Assembly: GCA_949358305.1 (NCBI GenBank)
Contig: OX442314.1
Location: 17,484,001-17,548,000, forward strand
Source of the DNA: Strigamia acuminata
Taxonomy: Eukaryota
Length of the DNA: 64,000 nucleotides
Reading direction: 5' to 3'
Under the pieces are notes generated by a model. It searched no databases, had not been told where the DNA came from, and saw only the letters and a program-made list of their open reading frames with translations. Of the stretch, positions 26,688 through 41,554 are shown piece after piece; position 1 is the first letter of the stretch; every line of letters starts with the position of its first letter. A program made the translations under genes and the position numbers.

Positions 26688-29151
26688 ATTTTCTGCAGAC
26701 TGAGAGAATGAGCCGCCCGCTGATACCTGTTGAATGTGAAGCGCCCCCAAGAGCAGCCCTCAGGGGAAAGCCAATACAAAGGGGCAGCAAATAAAAAAAT
26801 CAACTTAAACAACCACTAAGATGGAAATTGATATCTCCCGAGCCAAACATATGAAACGAACACATTTCTGCTCATAATTCATTAGTCATTGTCATATATC
26901 CTGTTGTCAATCTTGATTGTAATTTGTTTAACTTATTATCATTCACTTCCTTTTCATTTTACACTTAAATTTGTTCGTTTTTATCGTAAAATAAAATATA
27001 ATTGTGTTTTATAAAATCATTTTCCATTTCCATACAGATAAATCTGATTACTTTAATGATAATTCGGAATGCGGATTGCCCCAATCTGGTATTAAACCGA
27101 AAAATCTTACAAGTTCGTGAAAATGTTATCACAACAAGGAAAAAATATCATTTATGCGTCAAACACAAAACCTGGAAATCCGAGTTGAATTTTTTCCAGG
27201 TAGTAACTAAATTTTTAAAAAAAAATAGAAAAATAGTGTAGATATCTAACCAACTCGTCAATTTATATCTAACTGTTCTACCAACATATTTTTTAAACAT
27301 ATTTATTGGTTAATTTATCTCCTATCCCTTATCTATTTGAAAATCTTATTACATTGAACCAGATAACGTGACCTTACAATCGCTGGCGGCACTTCAAAAT
27401 TGGACATAAAAAAACCAAACATACAATTACAAATTTAAAAAAAAATAAATAAAAAATAAAAATTATTGACATTATTTTAACTACCGTGTACTGGGGACGA
27501 ATTCCGCGCAGTGAAATAAAATTTAGTTACTTTACCACACCTGGATTTAAAAATAAAAGTTTATTTTTATTAAACGCAACTGGTTTACTGGTCGTAGCAC
27601 AATCTAGTTTCCTTCTCAAATCACAACATCTAGATCTCTAGTCTATAATTTACCTGTTAAACTCCCCTCGCCAATTATTTTTCCTTCCGTGCATTAAAGC
27701 GACTTGCAAACCCACAAATATCATTTTAGGTGTACAACGTTCACAATAAAATCCGCCATTTTACGTACCAGACTATCACGAACTTCGGCTTGGCAACTTT
27801 TGGACCGCATCTTAGGGGAACTTGTCTATATCATGTTTTTAATAAACAATAAATCTCTCTTTTTCTTAAAAGGTATACAAAGTCTAAAGTCAGCTGACGA
27901 AATAGTTGGCAAAAGTTTATAACACTAAAAATAGGAAGACGAATTTAAAATTTATTGACGAAAACTTTTAATACCATCAGCATTACAAAAGAATGACGAT
28001 ACTTAACAATCATTTTATAAAAACAACAAAGAAATAACGCGATAAATTTAAAAATAATAAAAACTTGTTTAAACAGGTTAACTGGGGAATTTTAACATTT
28101 TTTTTGGGTTGTCATTGGCCTCATTCCAAACCGAGTCTACAATACATCACATATAACAAACAACAAAAATAAAATACACAAATTACAACAATTTTTTTTT
28201 ATTATCCAATCGAGATCCTTTTCCACTATTTTTAATTTCAATTCCAATTTGGCATTCTTCATCTAAACCTGAAACACTGATGAAAAAAAAAGTAATTGCA
28301 TTAAGAAATTACCGTCAATCTAAAAATCTAAAAATAAAAATTAATTAAATGGTGCAAAACATTTCATGTTTCAACTAAACTGGAAACGACATGCTCCCCC
28401 TTTAGGAATGTAAATAAAATCCTTTTTTTTGTTTTCAACACTTTCTTTCCTTAATGGTTGGAACGTATGCCTCAGGTTCATGTGGAGGTTAATGACACAG
28501 ATGATAAACAAAACGCAAAAATATATGTTGACAACTCAAAGCCATAAAACAGTTCACTGCATTTAACTTGTCAATTTAAATCTTTTTTAGATCTCCGTCA
28601 CAATTTGCATTTAACTCATTAATCACATAACGATTAAACCCACTTCGCTTTTTTAACTACTCCATAAACAAATAGCCCTAAGGGGGGGTCATTACTGTCT
28701 GATTAGTTTGATGAAATCAATTTTACAATGACAAAAAGCTTGTCAATCAGAGCGCCAGCCTTGAATCATGAATGCTGAGAGTAATATACCACTTAATATT
28801 GAAAATAAAACGAATTATATTTTAATTGGCTATTTAAATTCAAAATAAATAAAATGGAAAATGGACAATGCATTAAAGTAATTGCATTTTTAAAAAAAAT
28901 GTATAATCAACATAAATTTAACCATTTTCTAAGAAAGCCATTAAAAATATTCACTGCCGCTTCACTGCCTTTTAATTAGAACCCGCCAATTAAAACAGTT
29001 GATAGTACTTTGGCAAAAAGCCAAAGCTTGCTTAATTAACCGAGTCATATATTTTTAATGTTTTAATTAATAATAATACAATTTTTTCCATTTATTTCCG
29101 TTGTAAGGGTGTAAAGTAATATATTGATTAATACTCACTTGAAAAAAGAAA

Positions 29152-30906
29152 TTATTTTTCCTTGTTAGGACTTGGTCTTTTTAAAGAGACTTGTACTGGC
29201 ATCGGTTGAGTCCAAAAAAGGCAAACCAAAAGGATCAAATGACACAGATGCAGAGCGATGCTGCTCCAAACAGTGGATGGATATGTGTTCCAACATAATT
29301 CGATTACACCAAGTATGAATATCCTACAAGAAAATAAGTACGAATCAATAAAATTCAATCATTTACGTAAAATATTTGAATACAAACCTAATCAAAGATG
29401 GTAGTTGTGCACTCCACAATAGGTATGGTAATGTATGAAAATACCAGACATAAAATTGATAATGGAGCGAGCGACTGAATGATATGCCGATCAGATTCGA
29501 AGTAAAGAGGAGTAGAATTAATGTATTTGGTGATAATTTCATCTGTCCTTTGAGAAATACTTGTTTGTTTGGAATTAGTCTGTAATTAAATTTTTTTTAT
29601 TTAGATTTTCTGTTGGATTTTTACAGCTTTGGGATTAAAAACTTACTTTATCCAATATTGTTTGATAAATATACAAAGGACGGTTACATGTAAAGCCAGT
29701 AGACATAAATGGAAAGAAGGATTAACAAATACGTCCTCGTCCAAAAACCTCCAATTAACGGTCCACTTGTGAAGAAATACTCGTCCAAAATCAAAAGACA
29801 TATTCACATAACTCCATGGATTGGAAAGAAGAAAAGGTAAACTTAGAACCACCTATTAAACCACATTGTAGAAATTAAATTTTGGTCAAAAAAATTAAAG
29901 TATAATTGATATGTGACGACTGATGATGTTACCTGAGTTAATGAACATATCGAGAGCAATTTTATAGTTTTAAAAAACCCATTCACGCTCAACATAACGA
30001 TGAGAAGAGCAGGTGCAAATAATAAAATGTTCATTTTAATTGACACAGCTAAACTAGAATTAAGTATTGATTAGTAGGACGACTCATCAACCTTTTTAAA
30101 AAAAAATTTCCTTAAATACCTGTAAACAAAACTTCCCCACATCCATTTATTGTCTAAAAATAGATTCACGGCTATGTATAAGAAAAGGACTGCCACGGGA
30201 TCGTTGAACATTCTTAAGATGTATATGGAATGAATGCGGTATGATGTACAGCATAGGAACAACAGGGCATACGGAGGGACCTAAAATGAAATGTTTTAAA
30301 TCGGTAAAGAAACTCAATTTTTTTTTATCAAATTTACCTTTTTGGTTTGATTGTAAATTCGAAATACAAAAATTAAAGTAACGAGGTATATGAATGAAAA
30401 TATGTATTGAGCAATATAAGTGTCTGTTCCTCGATTTGTCACGAAGTAGAAAAAAGAAAATATATACACAAAGCCTGCCGGATATCTAAAATGAAAGCGC
30501 ATATTATTATTTAGTATTATTTTTGCTTTCATTTTTTGATAATACTTACACTAATGGCCCTGTGTCGCCTTTTAATTTCGCATAATCATATGTGCCATTC
30601 ACCACACCCTCAACTTCTTGCATGTAGGCTTTCCAATCAATTTCTGTGTCTGAAAAATGTAATAATTTACTCGCATAAATTTCTCTTTAAAAAGTGTATC
30701 AACTCACATGGTACTTTTTCAATGACTAGAACATTAATAAATATCTCTGCACAAAATAACACCAGAGCAATTAACCATGTAAAATCTGGGTTCAATAAAA
30801 CCAATTGAAATGTTTCCTTATTGCCATAAGTTTTTACGAGTTTTATAAAACGTTGAAAAATGCTTCTCTTCTCTTTGCGAAAAGCTGCATTCCTGGAAGA
30901 CGCCAT
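29152..30906 (-). CDS. ALG3: Dol-P-Man:Man5GlcNAc2-PP-Dol alpha-1,3-mannosyltransferase
   Basis: [96 protein letters not shown]. Confidence 0.96.
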
Positions 30907-31394
30907 ATTGTTTAACTAACGCTCTCTACTGGCACTCACCAGCACCAGCAGTTAGAATCAACACGAATGGCCATTAGTTGCTATCTGGTGGAAAATTTTT
31001 AAACTAAATGAATACATTTTGTGCTATCTCTAGCGTACACCTGTAGATTTCGATTTTTATGAAATGTTGAGTGCATAAAAAAATTAAATAAACAATTTCA
31101 GTTTCGATGTGTGAAATGCTGCGTGTACTAAACGTATCGATACATTAACGCTTCGAAAAAAATACGATTTTGAGTAATTTTTCGAAACTGTTGATTTCCC
31201 ACCATCACAAGTGAGTTTGCGCAAAGAGAGATGAATTCCCCGTTCGATCGCGCTGCTCTTTCTCTCTTCCTCTCTTTCCTCCGCACAACATGTCTGCTTT
31301 CTCACACACAAAACCATCGCAGTTCCCAATGTTCCCATCTTCAAGGCATAAGCTACTTTTGTACATTATAACATAATACCATAAAACATATATT

Positions 31395-34300
31395 ATGGCA
31401 AAAGAAAACGATCTCCATCAATTTCTTCACAGCAACTGCTTATATGTCAGGTAAGCTGTTTTTCGTTTTATTTTTCCAACTATTAACATTTTTATACTTT
31501 TATTTTGCTAAATGGCGAATTAAATAATAAAAATAATCCTTAGTTCAACTCAAAAGTTATTATTTTGATTTTTCCACACGTTTCTGAATTTTTTAATGAC
31601 TTTTTGTAATGACAATTGCCAAAGTAATCAATCAAAAGATGTAATTTATCAGACAAACTATTTAAAACCACTCACGACTAAGAAAGATGCTGAGGTCCCT
31701 TGAACGACTGCTCAGCTTTAAGCTACATCAAAATGACGCTAGAAAAAATCCATAACACTTACCGGTAGTTAACATTTCCATATTGGGTCTAACGGCATTA
31801 ATCATTTTAATTTATACAACCTAACCCCCCCGATGGTATAATACAGTGAATTTTTCCGCACATTACGGTCACGCACACCGATTCTTTCGCGCAAGTATTA
31901 AACGCCACTGCGGATGTGGGCGCAGTTGCAGCATCCCAGCAAATCCAAAAGCTCCGCCTGTAGGTTAAGCTTTTCCTCCGAGCTTAAACTTAAGAGAGTA
32001 AAATTCCAGCACGTTTTCAATAGCGAGCCAATTACACCCAAAGATCTGTTTGATGTTTGTAAACCGAACACAAGACGACTTTGTTCTTGGTATTTCAAGA
32101 TGTGGTTCCAACAGAAATCAATATAAATGGATCGTGTTGTTACTTGAACTAACTTGTAAGTTTTCAATTACAAATGTTAAACAATTTTGTTAATTAAAAA
32201 ATATACGCACGTAGAAATACAAATAAAAATAAATAAAAGATAAAAAGCATAAAGCATCAATCAAAGTTATTTATTGTTCATTAAGTTTATTGGCCACCGT
32301 CTTGAACGCTGTTCAGCAGACCGAAAAGTCAATGAAGAATTACCACAAGCTTCTCACATTTTAGCCACTAAGTCATGATTGTGTCTAGAGTGAAGCGAAG
32401 CGAAAGAGGAGGAAATTTGCGCTTAGAATTCCATGGCAGCCTTTTCTTACTTAATTAGTTTCTACGTGCCACAACCGAGACGAGATGAATGCTCTAATAA
32501 GCAAACATCTCAAAAACAAATAAACAGCGCATCAAACTACTCACTCAAATTACAGCCTCTAAGTGCTATCATCATCGTGAGTGCTTATTGTAGTGTGTTT
32601 ACTTTAATGTTGCTTTTATGTCTATAATTTATATCAAACGCTCAGTTAACTCGAATTTTATTAATTTCTCTAACACTTTTCAGGATATCCATTAGGATAT
32701 TCCCCCTTCTCTTCTGGCTAGGACTCACCAATCCCACAATGGCTTGGGGAAAGATCTCTTCTCGTTTCCCCCTCATATCTTCTTTCATTCAATTGACAAA
32801 AAAGGATCCGTTAGGGGCGCACCTGCTGGAGACAGGAGGCAAAGCCAGCCACCGGAACACCATTTCAAACCCCAACAATCCCGCATTCCAATTACATCAC
32901 AATAAAGGTCTTCGATTGCACAAAAGGGCAGCTGATGATGATGATGACGACGGTGATTGGGAGAAGGACTATTCCTATAATTCCAATAACGAGGGTTTGA
33001 GTGGAGTGCAAGGTACAATTGGTAAGAGTTGAAAAGTTTGCTCGTTTAAATTCTAACTTTTTTTGGGACTGATTTTTAATTAGGTCTAAACGAAATGGAA
33101 ATAACTCTTATTGTAGTATGTTCGGCAATTGGTCTACTCATGTTTATCATTGGACTCATTTTTTTGGCTAGGTATAGCTCATTTTGTTATTAGAAATGTG
33201 TAAAAAGCAAGGAGTAACACATTTTGACTAGGTATTATTGGAAGAAATTTCACGGCGACAGTCATAGATATCATGGAGTTATGCAGAGGAATAGTTCTGA
33301 AAGCAGTATGGGAACAACTCGTGCAGATCCCAAAGATGCTATGGCAAAAGTATGAATAATTTAACGACGCAATTCAATTTGATCATTTGAATTTAAATTC
33401 GTCAGTTCGAAGAACCAGAAGTAGCAAATCCGTATTTATTACATCCATCAGATGCGCTTCTTATCAAACAGCAAATAATTGAGCATTCAGCTGAAAAGGA
33501 ACCTCTACTTCCTTGTGCAAATGGAACCGCGTTCACAGATCGCCAGCAAATTGATAGCGACAATTCAGATGTAAAAACCGAAACTAAAATCGTACGTTTA
33601 ATAAAATATTAAAAATATTAAAAATTAAAAAAAAAAAATTAATTAATTACAGGATTCAACTCTAGGGGTGGCTCCTTCCAAAAGACAAGTTCCGACCGGT
33701 TACGTGGCCCAATTACAAAACACGTTAAACTGTCGGACAGGTTTATCTCAATCCGATTGCAGCATCTCATCGTTTACGACAACGAACCCTAGTTACAAAT
33801 ACGGCAACCAAACCGGTTACATGAGCGGTTATTACGGATATCCATCCGACACAACATTTGATAATAGTAAAATAACTGCAACAAGCACTCCAGAAACAAC
33901 ATTAAATTTAAATTTAAATACTTCAAATGCAAACAGCAATTTGCCAGGTGTGACTTTCAGATCTGGGAATGAGACGAAATCATCCTTCACGGAAATGCAA
34001 ACGGCAAATGAGAAAAAAGCTAAAGACGAAGTTGAAGCTGGTCAAGCTGAAAATGAAATGAATCAAGGGATCGAATGTGATTCCGCGGTCGAAGATGACA
34101 TTTTAAGTGCTGATCCGTATCGCCTTACTGGAACCACCAGAGCTCTTAGTCTACCAGAGTGTTTCGATCGTGAAGAGAATGCAATAGATGAGTCCAAAGG
34201 CGTGGATTCTGTAAGACCGACTGACTCTGGTTGGGGGGATACAGTCAAGGGCCAATTTCGTGGTTCTCTTCCAGTTCTTCACTTGAGTGTTAGTCCCGAA

Positions 34301-34423
34301 AAAGAAAAGCTTTCAGTGATAACTGGCGCAAACTCATATCCGAAAAGCAAAAAGAAGACGAGTGATAAATCATTACCTATCTCTTTATCCAACATGCTTC
34401 CAAACCGTTCCCAGAAAAGCTAA
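31395..34423 (+). CDS. Uncharacterised type-I single-pass membrane protein, 6 exons
   Basis: Exons ~31395-31450, 32684-33021, 33084-33171, 33232-33349, 33406-33570 and 33653-34423 join in frame through GT-AG introns. They give a hydrophobic leader, RLHKR followed by an acidic stretch, TM ITLIVVCSAIGLLMFIIGLIFLA followed by RYYWKK, and a long low-complexity tail. The first exon is the least certain. Confidence 0.7.
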
Positions 34424-36689
34424 TCCTCACAAAACAATAAGATAAACACAAAATTTTAAACCGGTTGCCAAATATTAGCCCAATTTTGTCTTTATTTCTT
34501 TTTTCTTCTTCTTAATTTACTTTTCGAATTTGCCGCTATGCACATTTTGGCATTCGTAACATGTTTAATTTCAAGTTTTTAACCACTCGTTTCGATTCAA
34601 GGCAACATAATTTGAGACTGTAATATCTCGAATTTTGTGTACAACTAAGTAATAATGAGGAGTTTCATGCAATCATAGTTTAATCCACTAAATTAATATA
34701 GAAATGAAGGGCAACTAACCGTGCAAAATGCTTCGACAGGTTATAACCGGTCGCAATATCTGTCGAAGTGTCTTTTTTAGCATAAAAGATGCTTGGGTGA
34801 AACTTCTTATGTAAACTACATAAGGTTTCTGATTACTTCACTCAATATATTATATGCAAACAGCTTTTCTTGATAATGCTTTTTGTTCGGTTCATTTGAT
34901 CATAATTTGTAAAACCTTAACGGGTGTACAATGTTAATTATTCACCTTATAGCCTTATATATTTCACACAGCAGCTCATGTAGATAAAATTGTTAATAAG
35001 TTCAATTTCTATTTGCCTTATGCATTTTGTCATCTAACGTCTTTCTGAATAAATAGCGAAATAAAAAATTGTAACCTTATTAGTATAAGTTATAAACTGT
35101 TATATAATTATATTTCAATTTTTTTCCCATTGAAGAAGGGATAATTTTTTTCTTTTCTTTACTTTTTTTTTAAATAAAAAAAATTTAAAAGTTTACATCT
35201 GATTAAATTATTTGAGATAAAAGATTAAAACGTATCTGATAATACAATTTATTTGATATAATCTATTTCATTAACAAGTAAGTGGAAATAAAATCATTTT
35301 TCAATCTTGTAGTCATTAAAATAAAAGAATTTTAAAAAAATGAATAAAAAATAATCTGCATATCCCGAACCCTGGAGAACATGATTTCATCATTCCATTT
35401 ATGATTTAATTTGTCACACTTCTTAATTTTTTTTTGTTATTTGCAAAATGTGAAGTTAAAAAATCGATTAACCTTGAACTTGCCATTGAACATTACCAGT
35501 GGGTGGATTGATCATATGTAATATTAGTCAACAAACTTTTTACTCACAATTTTATTTTTTCTTGGTCAATCATTTTTCTTGCTTTACTTTATATCCTCGA
35601 ATATTCTGCGTAAAACATAAAAGATAAAAACTCAGGCTTTTTATTTTAGTTTGTTAAACTTACAGGAATAAATGATCTGCCAGTAAACGGTCGTAATTCA
35701 TCATCAGCACGACCCGCTTTTAACTATCAATGTTTCTCAATAATTTGACAAAGTTTTAAGGTGAGAAGTAAACAAATTATTGATATTTATTCTAAAAAAT
35801 ATATTACTCCTTTCATAGCTGAAGTATATAAAATTGTAGAAGTTCGATCAATTTTACTATTTCTATTCGCTGTTTGCTTTGCAATCAAAGACTTTATTTT
35901 CGAGAGCTGTTACTAACAAGTAAGTCGGAGGCGAAAATAATTCTGTCTAAAATTAGGAATTTAGAAAATGAGGAAACCTTTAATCACGTGTTCCAGGTTA
36001 ATTCTATTTTTAAAAGGAAATAGCCCAAAACAAGTGGTCAAAGTCAAATATTTAAATGAGAAGGGCGTGCATAAATTATAAAAATAGCCAAATTCTCATG
36101 ATTATCACAAAAAATAGAGTACTCCGTACCAGACAAAATGGAAAGAATAGATCGGGCAAAATAATTTACACTGGGGTATAAAAAATCCAACAAAAAATAA
36201 ACAAATTTTCAAAAGATACAATTATTTCTAATAAAAATGAGAAAAATAAAGAAATGGTGCAAAAATGAGCACACAATTTTGAATTTCAAAACTGTTGCAA
36301 GCCAGGACTGTGACAACTTTTTGAATAGAATAATAGTAACAGCTTAGTAACCAAAGAATTTAAAAAAAAAAATTCAATTTAAAAAATATTATTTTTCATT
36401 GAATTATAATTGAGCAGGATATATTAAAATATTTTGACATAAATTTTGTACTTTTCAAACAATACGTTTAATTACCCGTTTCATTAAATGAAAATAAAAA
36501 TAATAATAATAATAGTAATAATAATAACAACAGCAACTTAAAATTATTTTTAAAAAAAAGACTAGAAAAAAACGTTTGAACATCTGAAATCCGGTGATAG
36601 TGATTCATTTCACTTCAACCAGATTCAATAGAAACTAAAACCAACAACAAAAATCTTAAATCTAGTTTAAATGATCACTTTGAGCGCAT

Positions 36690-38666
36690 TTAATCCTGTC
36701 CAATTCGTTCAAGTTCCTCTATGTTTTCCGCATTAACTTGCAAAATTGAACAACCTGAAAGCAAAAAAATTAATTAATTAAAAAAAAAAACCGTATACTT
36801 TCCTCTTCTCTCTTACCAAAATGTTCAGCAATTTTTTTTAAAAACTGCATGCTTCGTTCTCCTTCCACCATATTGATAGCAATCCCAGGTTTACCAAAAC
36901 GTCCAGTTCGACCAATTCGATGTAGGTAAGTTTCGTAATCCGGCCTGCCTTTTACATCCACGGTGTCATCAAAATTAACAACCACCGTTACCTGTTCCAC
37001 ATCAATGCCTAATAAAAACAAATTTAAAAAAATTAATACGACGCAGCAATCAAGATTGTTTTTATATACCTCTCGCTAACACATTTGTTGATATCAGCAC
37101 TCTTTCCGTTCCTTTTCTAAATCGATCTAAAATGGATATTCTCTGGTCTACCGTTAATTCTCCCGACAAAAGTGCAACTGCATGACCATCTTTGCACATT
37201 TTAGAACTTAACCAAGAAGCCGTTTTCCTTGTCTACACACAAAACATAACAAAAAGATCAAACAATACCGTTAAAAACAATCAAACCACACAAATTTACT
37301 TGGCAAAAGATCATAGCTTGACCAATGGGTATAGCACCATAAACATTAGAAAGTGCTCTGTATTTTTCGTTCATGTTTCTGCATTTAACGAAATATTGCT
37401 TTATATTATCCAAAATTTCTTCCTCTCTTCGCAGACGAATGATCACAGGGTTTTTTATTATGATTTCAGCAAACTTCATCACGGCAGCGTCATATGTGGC
37501 GGAAAAAAGCATCATTTGGCAAGTATCAGAAAGCTGTCTGCTCACATTAAATATACATTATGATAAGACATTACTCAGTAAACAAATGATTACTTGTGAA
37601 TACGAATAGACTGATCTTGATGGCCCTGAGTATCGATCATAACATCAGCTTCATCCAAAACGAAGACACGAATTAGTTTCAAATCAAAAAATTTAAATTT
37701 TAAAGTCCAATCCAGAACTTTTCCTGGAGTTCCGATAACAATCTGTTCCGTCAATTTATCACCTCTGTTCACTAGAAAAACCCAAAAAATCAATCTACGC
37801 ATAAATCGTCTATTATACACCGCTATTTACTATCTGTGCCCCGTACTGCATGTATAATTGAAATATCTGGGCAATACTGGGCCATTTGTTTTACCACATG
37901 CCCAGTTTGAAGCGCTAATTCATAAGTAGGTGATAAACAAAGCACCTAATTTTAAATAAAAATTCAAAGTAATTCACAAAAAAATGCAATAAAAAGAGAG
38001 TGCCGGATGTTACTTGTGGATAATGTTGATCTGGATTTACACGACTTAGCATAGCCAAAACAAACGCTGCTGTTTTTCCAGTTCCACTTTGGGATTGAGC
38101 AATCATATTCTGAGGCCTAAAATAAAATGTGTTGTAGTTTTAAGTTAAAACCAATCACACAAATCGACTTACGGGTCTGCTAATAACGTTGGAAGCGCAG
38201 TTTCTTGGATTTTCGAAGGAAAATTGAAACCCATGGCATAAACACCTCTCGACAATTCATTCCGTCTATAAAAATCAAAAATTGTTTTAAAATGGCACCG
38301 CATTGTTATACTATGTAACTCACAAGCGAAGCTCTTCAAATGTCTTAACAGAATATAGTGGTGAATTGGGGTCTTTTCGTTGAATCTCAACATTATAAGT
38401 GGATTTGATTAATTTTGACCTAAAAATCTTCGTCAGTAGTGAAGCTTCTGCGGACGACAATCCCGGTTCGTCTTCTTCATAGTTGCTTTCATTTGAATTG
38501 CGATTAATAGTTTGATTAATTACTCGTTCCTTTACAGAAAGATTTAAAGACGCAACCTAAATCATTTAACAAAAGTTAGGCCCAGTTATATTCAAACGAT
38601 ATGGGAACTGACCTCAGTTACTAACGTCTTTTCTTGTTCATCGACTGACACAGCCCAATTCGACAT
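36690..38666 (-). CDS. DDX19: DEAD-box mRNA export helicase DDX19/Dbp5, tandem copy A (intact)
   Basis: [76 protein letters not shown]. All exons I checked splice in frame. Confidence 0.95.
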
Positions 38667-39533
38667 TTTGAAAGTTTCATTTACCGCTATCCGCAGTGAA
38701 TCAAACCAACCACCGGCGTAGATTATCGTAGATACATTTGAAGCAGCAAGTGACACCTACCGATGATTTAGAATTTAAAACGTGATTTATCCGTTCCCAG
38801 CATAGTTATTATTACAAATCCACTCGTAGTATAATCCAATCCAAACCACACACTAAAGTTTGAGTTAAGTCATGGCGAGGAAATAATTTAGCAAATCGCC
38901 AATACCTTTTCTTTTTTTAATGTTTGTATTTTTTATATATTGTGAGCACATTTTTTTAAAACTAAAAGTAAAATCAAGAAAAGTGCGTATCCTATCACCT
39001 GTCGGCAAATTTGTGCAGACTGTAGACATATATTTTCTCTGCTGTGGCAGAAAGTAAAAATCGCAATAATATGCACGACGGCTTGAACATGAGGGAACGT
39101 CTTATTTTTAAGTATAAAAACGACATTTCGAATGCAGCTTGTAATTGCCATATAACCTTTTGGCTTTAATGTAAAGACGTTGAGTTCATTAAATTCAATT
39201 TTTATCATTGAAAAAATTAGTTCTCTTTATTATTTTACAATTCGGCAAAATAAATTCAGTTTCAGTTAATTTTTTTTTTTACTTAAAATTCATTCAAATA
39301 ATTTGACATAAAAATTTAAACAATTTGTTCAATTATCTATATCATAAAATGCATAAAATAAATGACAATCTACAATTTTTTTTTAAAATAATGTTTTAAA
39401 AAAATGCGTCTAAATCTGAACCCTGATGAACATGATTTCGTTTTTATTTTAACTAGAATTAATAAAAATTCAAATTAGTAATAAAAATATTCAAATAATT
39501 TTTAAATTAAATTTAAATTCCTACCTTGTGCAC

Positions 39534-41554
39534 CTAATCTTGCGCAATTTTTTCGAGTTCCTCGATGTTTTCCGCATTCACTTGCAAAATTGCACAACCT
39601 GAAAGAAAAAAATAAAAATAAAAATAAATTTTAAAAAAACTCACATAATTTCCTCTTTTCTCTTACCAAAATGTTCTGCGATTTGTTTTAAAAATCCCAT
39701 GCTTCGATCTCCTTCCACCATATTGATAGCAATCCCAGGTTTACCAAATCGTCCAGTTCGACCAATTCGATGTAGGTAAGTTTCGTAATCCGGCCTGCCT
39801 TTGGAATCCACGGTGTCATCAAAATTAACAACAACCGTTACCTGTTCCACATCAATGCCTTAATAAAACCAAATTAAAAAAATTAATTTGACAAAGCAAT
39901 AAAAATTGTTATTTACACACCTCTCGCTAACACATTTGTTGATATAAGCACTCTTTCCGTTCCTCTTCTAAATCGATCTAAAACGTTTATTCTCTGGTCT
40001 ACCGTTAAATCTCCCGACAAAAGTGCAACTGCATGACCGTCTTTGCACATTTTTGAACTTAACCAAGATGCTGTTTTCCTTGTCTACGCACAAAACCAAC
40101 AAAATCAATCATTACAATTAAAAATGTAATAAATAACATCAGATTTACATGGCAGAAAATCATCGCTTGACCGATGGGTATCGCTCCGTATATGTTAGAA
40201 AGCGCACTGTATTTTTCGTCAATGTTTGCACATCTGACGTAATACTGCTTTATATTTTCTAAAATTTCTTCCTCTCTTCGCAGACGAATGATCACTGGAT
40301 TTGTTATTATGCCTTCAGCGAAATCCATCACAGCAGCGTCGTAAGTAGCGGAGAAAAGCATCATCTGGCAAGTATCAGGAAGCTGTCTGCGCATATTAAA
40401 TATATATTACTATACAATATTACTTAGCAAACAAATGTGGTACTTGTGAATGCGAATAGACTGATCTTGATGGCCCTGAGTATCGATCATAACGTCGGCT
40501 TCATCCAAAACGAAGACACGAATTTGTTTCAAATCAAAAAATTTAAACTTTAAAGCCCAATCCAGAACTTTTCCTGGAGTTCCGATAACGATCTGTTCCG
40601 CCAATTTATCGCCTCTATTAACTAGAAAAAAAAAAAAGAGAAAAAAAAATTAATCTAACCTTTACATTGTTACGTTGTACACCATTATTTACTTTCTGTG
40701 CCGCGTACTGCATATATAATTGAAATATCTGGGCAATACTGGGCCATTTGTTTTGCCACATTTCCAGTTTGAATCGCTAATTCGTAAGTAGGCGATAAAC
40801 AAAGTACCTAATTTTAAATAAAAATTTAATTTAATCCTAAATAAATACATTAAAAGAAAGAGACTGCCGTATGTTTACTTGTGGATAATGTTGATCTGGA
40901 TTTACACGACTTAGCATAGCTAAAACAAACGCCGCTGTCTTTCCAGTTCCGCTTTGGGATTGAGCAATCATATTCTGAGGTCTAAAATAAAATGTGTTGT
41001 AGTTATAAAATAAAACCAATGACAGAAATCGACTTACGGGTCTGCTAATAATGTAGGAAGTGCTGTTTCTTGAATTTTCGATGGGAAATTGAACCCCATG
41101 GCGTAAACACCTCTCAATAATTCGCTCCGCCTACAAAAATAAAAAATTGTATCAAAATGTTAACGTATTTAAATGTTACAATAACTTACAAGCGAAGCTC
41201 TTCGAATGTCTTAACGGAATATAATGGTGAATTCGGGTCTTTCTGTTGAACTTCAACATCGTAAGTGGATTTGATTAATTTCGACCTAAAAATCTTTGTC
41301 AACAACGAAGCTTCTGCAGCCGATAATTCTTGCTCATCTCCATTTCCGTCTCCATCTGCGTTTTTATTCGCATTTTGATGAACAGTTTGATTAATTACCG
41401 GTGCCTTTGCGGAGAGATTTAAAGTTTCAACCTAAATTATTTTAAAAATAATCAAAAGTTAGGCCTAATTGTATTATTCACAAACCACATGTTAGGTTAC
41501 CTGTGTCGCTAAAGTCTTTTCTTGTTCATCGACTGTCAGAGCCCAAGTCGACAT
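39534..41554 (-). CDS. DDX19: DEAD-box mRNA export helicase DDX19/Dbp5, tandem copy B (intact)
   Basis: Same motifs and intron positions as copy A; start [13 protein letters not shown], end ELEKIAQD*. Confidence 0.95.

Noticed and set aside
28390..28693. Short inverted match CCCCCTTTAGG / CCTAAGGGGGGG as a possible MITE
   Set aside because: Only ~12 imperfect low-complexity bases and no clear target-site duplication.
38169..38393. Apparent frameshift or pseudogene in DDX19 copy A suggested by the ORF track
   Set aside because: Manual splicing (CGC TT|GTGAG...ATAG|A CGG) restores the frame; the copy is intact.
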